Source: Centroscyllium fabricii (Eukaryota). Taken from it: DNA of 64,000 bases. How positions within the stretch are numbered: the first letter of the stretch is position 1; every line of letters begins with the position of its first letter. The notes under the pieces are model-generated. The model was not told where the DNA came from. It was given only the letters and a program-made list of their open reading frames with translations, and searched no databases. The position numbers were made by a program, and so were the translations under genes. Where the stretch lies: positions 106,454,001-106,518,000 of the forward strand of contig JBNRSN020000020.1 of assembly GCA_051313645.2 (NCBI GenBank). Direction: 5' to 3'. This document shows, piece after piece, positions 58,901 to 64,000 of this stretch.

Positions 58901-61900
58901 GTCAGTAATCTCTCCTCTTCAGTCAGTAATCTCCCCTCTTCAGTCAGTAATCTCCTCCTTCCGTCAGTAATCTCCCCTCTTCAGTCAGTAATCGCTCCTC
59001 TTCAGTCAGTAATCTCCCCTCTTCAGTCAGTAATCTCACCTCTTCATTCGGTTATCTCTCCTCTTCAGTCAGTAATCTCCCCTCTTCAGTCAGAAATCTC
59101 CCCTCTTCAGTCAGTAATCTCCCCTCTTCAGTCACTGATCTCCCTCTTCAGTCAGTAATCTCTCCTCTTCAGTCAGTAATCTCTCCTCTTCAGTCAGTAA
59201 TCTCCCCTCTTCAGTCAGTAACCTCCCTCTTCTGTCAGTAATCTCTCCTCTTCAGTCAGTAATCTCCCCTCTTCAGTCAGTAATCTCCCCTCTTCAGTCA
59301 GTAATCTCCCCTCTTCATTCAGTAATCTACACTCTTCAGTCAGTGATCTCCCTCTTAAGTCAGTAATCTCTCCTCTTCAGTCAGTAATCTCTCCTCTTCA
59401 GTCAGTAATCTCTCCTCTTCAGTTAGTAAGCTCTCCTCTTCAGTCAGTAATCTCCTCTCTTCAGTCAGTAATCTCTCCTTTTCAGTCAGTAATCTCTCCT
59501 CTTCAGTCAGTAATCTCTCCACTTCAGTCAGTAATCTCTCCTCTTCAGTCAGTAATCTCCCTTCTTCGGTCAGTAATCCACACTCCAGTCAGTAATCTCC
59601 CCCCTTCAGTCAGTAATCTCCCCTCTTCAGTTAGTAATCTCTCCTCTTCAGTCAGTAATCTCTACTCTTCAGTCAGTAATCTCCCCTCTTCAGTCAGTAA
59701 TCTCTCCTCTTCAGTCAGTAATCTCTCCTCTTCAGTCAGTAATCTCCCCTCTTCAGTCAGTAATCTCTCCTCTTCAGTCAGTCATCTCCCTCTTCAGTCA
59801 GTAATCTCTCCACTTCAGTCAGTAATCTCTCCTCTTCAGTCAGTTATCTCCCTTCTTCGGTCAGTAATCCCCACTCCAGTCAGTAATCTCCCCCCTTCAG
59901 TCAGTAATCTCCCCTCTTCAGTTAGTTATCTCTCCTCTTCAGTCAGTAATCTCTACTCTTCAGTCAGTAATCTCCCCTCTTCAGTCAGTAATCTCTCCTC
60001 TTCAGTCAGTAATCTCTACCCTTCAGTCAGTAATCTCCCCTCTTCAGTCAGTAATCTCTCCTCTTCAGTCAGTCATCTCCCTCTTCAGTCAGTAAGATCC
60101 CCTCTTCAGTCAGTAATCTCCCCTCTTCAGTCAGTAATCTCCCTCTTCAGTCAGTAATCTCCCCTCCTCAGACAGTAATCTCTCCTCTTCAGTCAGTAAT
60201 CTCTCCTCTTCAGTCAGTAATCCCCCCTCTTCAGTCAGTAATCTCTCCTCTTCAGTCAGTAATATCCCCTCTTCAGTTAGTAATCTCCCCATTTCAGTCA
60301 GTAATCTCTGCTCTTCAGTCAGTAATCTCCCCTCTTCAGTCAGTAATCTCTCCTCTTCAGTCAGTAATCTCCCCTCTTCAGTCAGTAATCTCTCATCTTC
60401 AGTCAGTAAGCTCCCCTATTCAGTCAGTAATCACTCCTCCTCAGTCAGTAATCTCCCCTCTTCAGTCAGTAATCTCCCCTCTTCAGTCAGTAATCTCTAC
60501 TCTTCAGTCAGTAATCTCTCCTCTTCAGTCAGTAATCTCTCCTCTTCAGTCAGTAATCTCCCCTCTTCAGTCAGTAATCTCCCCTCTTCAGTCTGTAATC
60601 TCTCCTCTTCAGTCAATAATCTCCCCTCTTCAGTCAGTAATCTCTCCTCTTCAGTCAGTAATCACTCCTCTTCAGTCAGTAATCTCCCCTCTTCAGTCAG
60701 TAATCTCCCCTCTTCAGTCAGTAATCTCCCCTGTTCAGTCAGTAATCTCCCCTCTTCAGTCGGTAATCTCTCCTCTTCAGTCAGTAATCTCTCCTCTTCA
60801 GTCTGTAATCTCTCCTCTTCAGTCAGTAATCTCCCCTCTTCAGTCAGTAATCTCCCATCTTCTGTCAGTAATCTCTCCTCTTCAGTCAGTAATCTCCCCT
60901 CTTCAGTCAGTAATCTCCCCTCTTCAGTCAGTAATCTCTCCTCTTCAGTCAGTAATCTCCCCTCTTCAGTCAGTAATCTCCCCTCTTCAGTTAGTAATCG
61001 CTCCTCTTCAGTCAGTAATTTCCCCTCTTCAGTCAGTAATCTCTCCTCTTCAGTCAGTAATCTCCCCTCTTCAGTCAGTAATCTCTCCTCTCTTCAGTCA
61101 GTAATCTCCCCTCTTCAGTCAGTAATCTCCCCTCTTCAGTTAGTAATCTCCCCTCTTCAGTCAGTAATCTCTCCTCTTCAGTCAGTAATCTCTCCTCTTC
61201 AGTCAGTAATCTCTCCTCTTCAGTCAGTAATCTCTCCTCTTCAGTCAGTAATCTCTCCTCTTCAGTCAGTAATCTCTCCTCTTCAGTCAGTAATCTCTCC
61301 TCTTCAGTCAGTGATCTCTCCTCTTCAGTCAGTAATCTCTCTTCAGTCAGTAATCTCCCTTCTTCGGTCAGTAATCCGCCCTCTAGTCAGTAATCTCCCC
61401 TCTTCAGTCAGTAATCTCCCCTCTTCAGTTATTAATCTCTCCTCTTCAGTCAGTAATCTCTACTTTTCAGTCAGTAATCTCCCCTCTTCAGTCAGTAATC
61501 TCCCCTCTTCAGTCAGTAATCTCCTCTCTTCAGTCAGTAAACTCCCTCTTCAGTCAGTAATCTCTCCTCTTCAGTCAGTAATCTCCCCTCTTCAGTCAGT
61601 AATCTCCCCTCTTCAGTCAGTAATCTCCCCTCTTCAGTCAGTAATATCCCCTCTTCAGTCAGTAATCTCCCCTCTTCAGTCAGTGATCTCCCCTCTTCAG
61701 TCAGTAATCTCTCCTCTTCAGTCAGTAATCTCTCATCTTCAGTCAGTAATCTCTCATCTTCAGTCAGTAATCTCTCCTCTTCAGTTAGTAATCTCTCCTC
61801 TTCAGTCAGTAATCTCCTCTCTTCAGTCAGTAATCTCTCCTCTTCAGTCAGTAATCTCTCCTCTTCAGTCAGTAATCTCTCCTCTTCAGTCATTAATCTC

Positions 61901-64000
61901 TCCTCTTCAGTCAGTAATCTCTCCTCTTCAGTCAGTAATCTCCCCTCTTCAGTCAGTAATCACCCCTCTTCAGTCAGTAATATCCCCTCTTCAGTGAGTA
62001 ATCTCCCCTCTTCAGTCAGTGATCTCCCTGTTAAGTCAGTAATCTCTCCTCTTCAGTCAGTAATCTCTCATCTTCAGTCAGTAATCTCTCCTCTTCAGTC
62101 AGTATTCTCCTCTCTTCAGTCAGTAAACTCCCTCTTCAGTCAGTAATCTCTCCTCTTCAGTCAGTAAACTCTCCTCTTCAGTCAGTAATCTCCCCTCTTC
62201 AATCAGTAATCTCCCTCTTCAGTCAGTAATCTCTCCTCTTCAGTCAGTAATCTCCCCTCTTCAGTTAGTAATCTCCCCTCTTCAGTCAGTAATCTCCCTT
62301 CTTCAGTCAGTAATCTCCCCTCTTCTGTCAGTGATCTCCCTCTTCAGTCAGTAATCTTTCCTCTTCAGTCAGTAATCTCTCCACTTCAGTCAGTAATCTC
62401 CCCTCTTCAGTCAGTAATCTCCCCTCTTCAGTCAGTAATCTGCTCTCTTCAGTCAGTAATCTCCTCTCTTCAGTGAGTAATCACCACTCTTCAGTCAGTA
62501 ATCTCCCCTCATCAGTCAGTAATCACCCCTCTTCAGTCAGTAATCTCCCCTCTTCTGTCAGTAATCTCTCCTCTTCAGTCAGTAATCTCCCCTCTTCAGT
62601 TAGTAATCTCCCCTCTTCAGTCAGTAATCTCTCCTCTTCAGTCAGTAATCTCTCCTCTTCAGTCAGTAATCTCTCTTCAGTCTGTAATCTCCCCTCTTCA
62701 GTCAGTAATCTCTCCTCTTCAGTCAGTAATCTCTCATCTTCAGTCAGTAATCTCTCCTCTTCAGTCAGTAATCTCTCCTCCTCAGTCAGTAATCTCTCCT
62801 CTTCAGTTAGTAATCTCTCATCTTCAGTCAGCAATCTCTCCTCTTCGGTCAGTAATCTCCCCTCTTCAGTCAGTAATCTCTCCTCTTCAGTCAGTAATAT
62901 CTCCTCTTCAGTCATTAATCTCCCTCTTCAGTCAGTAATCTCTCCTCTTCAGTCAGTAATCTCTCCTCTTCAGTCAGTAATCTCTCCTCTTCAGTCAGTA
63001 ATCTCTCCTCTTCAGTTAGTAATCTCCCCTCTTCAGTCAGTAATCTCCCCTCTTCAGTCAGTAATCTCCCCTCTTCAGTCAGTAATCTCCCCTCTTCAGT
63101 CTGTAATCTCTCCTCTTCAGTCAATAATCTCCCCTCTTCAGTCAGTAATCTCTCCTCTTCAGTCAGTAATCTCCCCTCTTCAGTCAGTAATCACTCCTCT
63201 TCAGTCAGTAATCTCCCTTCTTCAGTCAGTATTCTCTGCTCTTCAGTCAGTAATCTCTCCTCTTCAATTAGTAATCTCCCCTCTTCAGTCAGTAATCTCC
63301 CCTCTTCAGTCAGTAATCTCCCCTCTTCAGTCAGTAACCTCCCCTCTTCAGTCTGTAATCTCTCCTCTTCAGTCAATAATCTCCCCTCTTCAGTCAGTAA
63401 TCTCTCCTCTTCAGTCAGTAATCTCCCCTCTTCAGTCAGTAATCTCTCCTCTTCAGTCAGTAATCTCCCTCTTCAGTCAGTAAGATCCCCTCTTCAGTCA
63501 GTAATCTCTCCTCTTCAGTCAGTAATCTCTCCTCTTCAGTCAGTAATCTCCCCTCTTCAGTCAGTAATCACCCTCTTCAGTCAGTAATCTCCCCTCTTCA
63601 GTCAGTAATCGCTCTTCTTCAGTCAGTAATCTCCCCTCTACAGTCAGTAATCTCTCCTCTTCAGTCAGTAATCTCTCCTCTTCAGTCAGTAATCTCCCCT
63701 CTTCAGTCAGTAATCCCCCCTCTTCAGTCAGTAATCTACCCTCTTCAGTCAGTGATCTCCCTCTTCAGTCAGTAACCTCTCCTCTTCAGTCAGTAATCTC
63801 TCCTCTTCTGTCAGTAATCTCCCCTCTTCGGTCAGTAATCTCCCCTCTTCAGTCAGTAATCTCCTCTCTTCAGTCAGTAATCTCCTCTCTTCAGTCAGTA
63901 AACACCCCTCTTCAGTCAGTAATCTCCCCTCTTCAGTCAGTAATCACCCCACTTCAGTCAGTAATCTCCCCTCTTCACTCATTAATCTCTCCTCTTCAGT
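19986..64000. repeat. 21-bp satellite array, consensus CAGTCAGTAATCTC(T/C)CCTCTT, about 2,100 copies, continuing past the window end
   Basis: Uninterrupted head-to-tail monomers with no TE insertion seen; pyrimidine-rich + strand; recurring diagnostic variants define higher-order repeats. Confidence 0.99.

Noticed and set aside
20331-63376. Minus-strand (RLLTEEE/G)n heptad ORFs resembling a coiled coil
   Set aside because: Broken every 60-160 codons by recurrent TGA/TAG variants; no unique start or domain.
19832-63483. Long + ORFs of (SVISPLQ)n or (SVSNLSS)n as a giant repeat protein; the main T/C dimorphism is synonymous in the SVISPLQ frame
   Set aside because: A 21-bp unit keeps frames open automatically. 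TAG (ctttag) and TAA (cctaatc) stops were amplified with the HORs, frameshifting monomers are common in the flanking layers, and the leader at 19832 appears to be decayed SINE tail with a GTG start.
19986-64000. CRISPR-like array or telomeric repeat
   Set aside because: No unique spacers, no cas genes, eukaryotic context, and no TTAGGG.

Overview
Vertebrate genomic DNA, most likely from an elasmobranch (shark/ray), judged from HE1-type V-SINEs, SacSINE1-like Deu-SINEs and HER1-like CR1 LINEs; family names are from my recollection of consensus sequences, not from a search. No recognisable host gene. Bases 1-19,985 are a dense, multiply nested transposon mosaic: CR1 fragments, three SINE families, a solo LTR, a hAT MITE and three to four PIF/Harbinger-type non-autonomous elements. 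One Harbinger element carries a truncated transposase followed closely by a Penelope-type hammerhead ribozyme. Bases 19,986-64,000 are a single array of about 2,100 copies of a 21-bp satellite (CAGTCAGTAATCTCYCCTCTT) running off the window end. The array has a stepwise-diverging left edge, a nearly indel-free core with 2-4.5 kb higher-order repeats, and an older variant layer present on both sides of that core. The long SVISPLQ and RLLTEEG ORFs are by-products of the 21-bp period, not credible genes.
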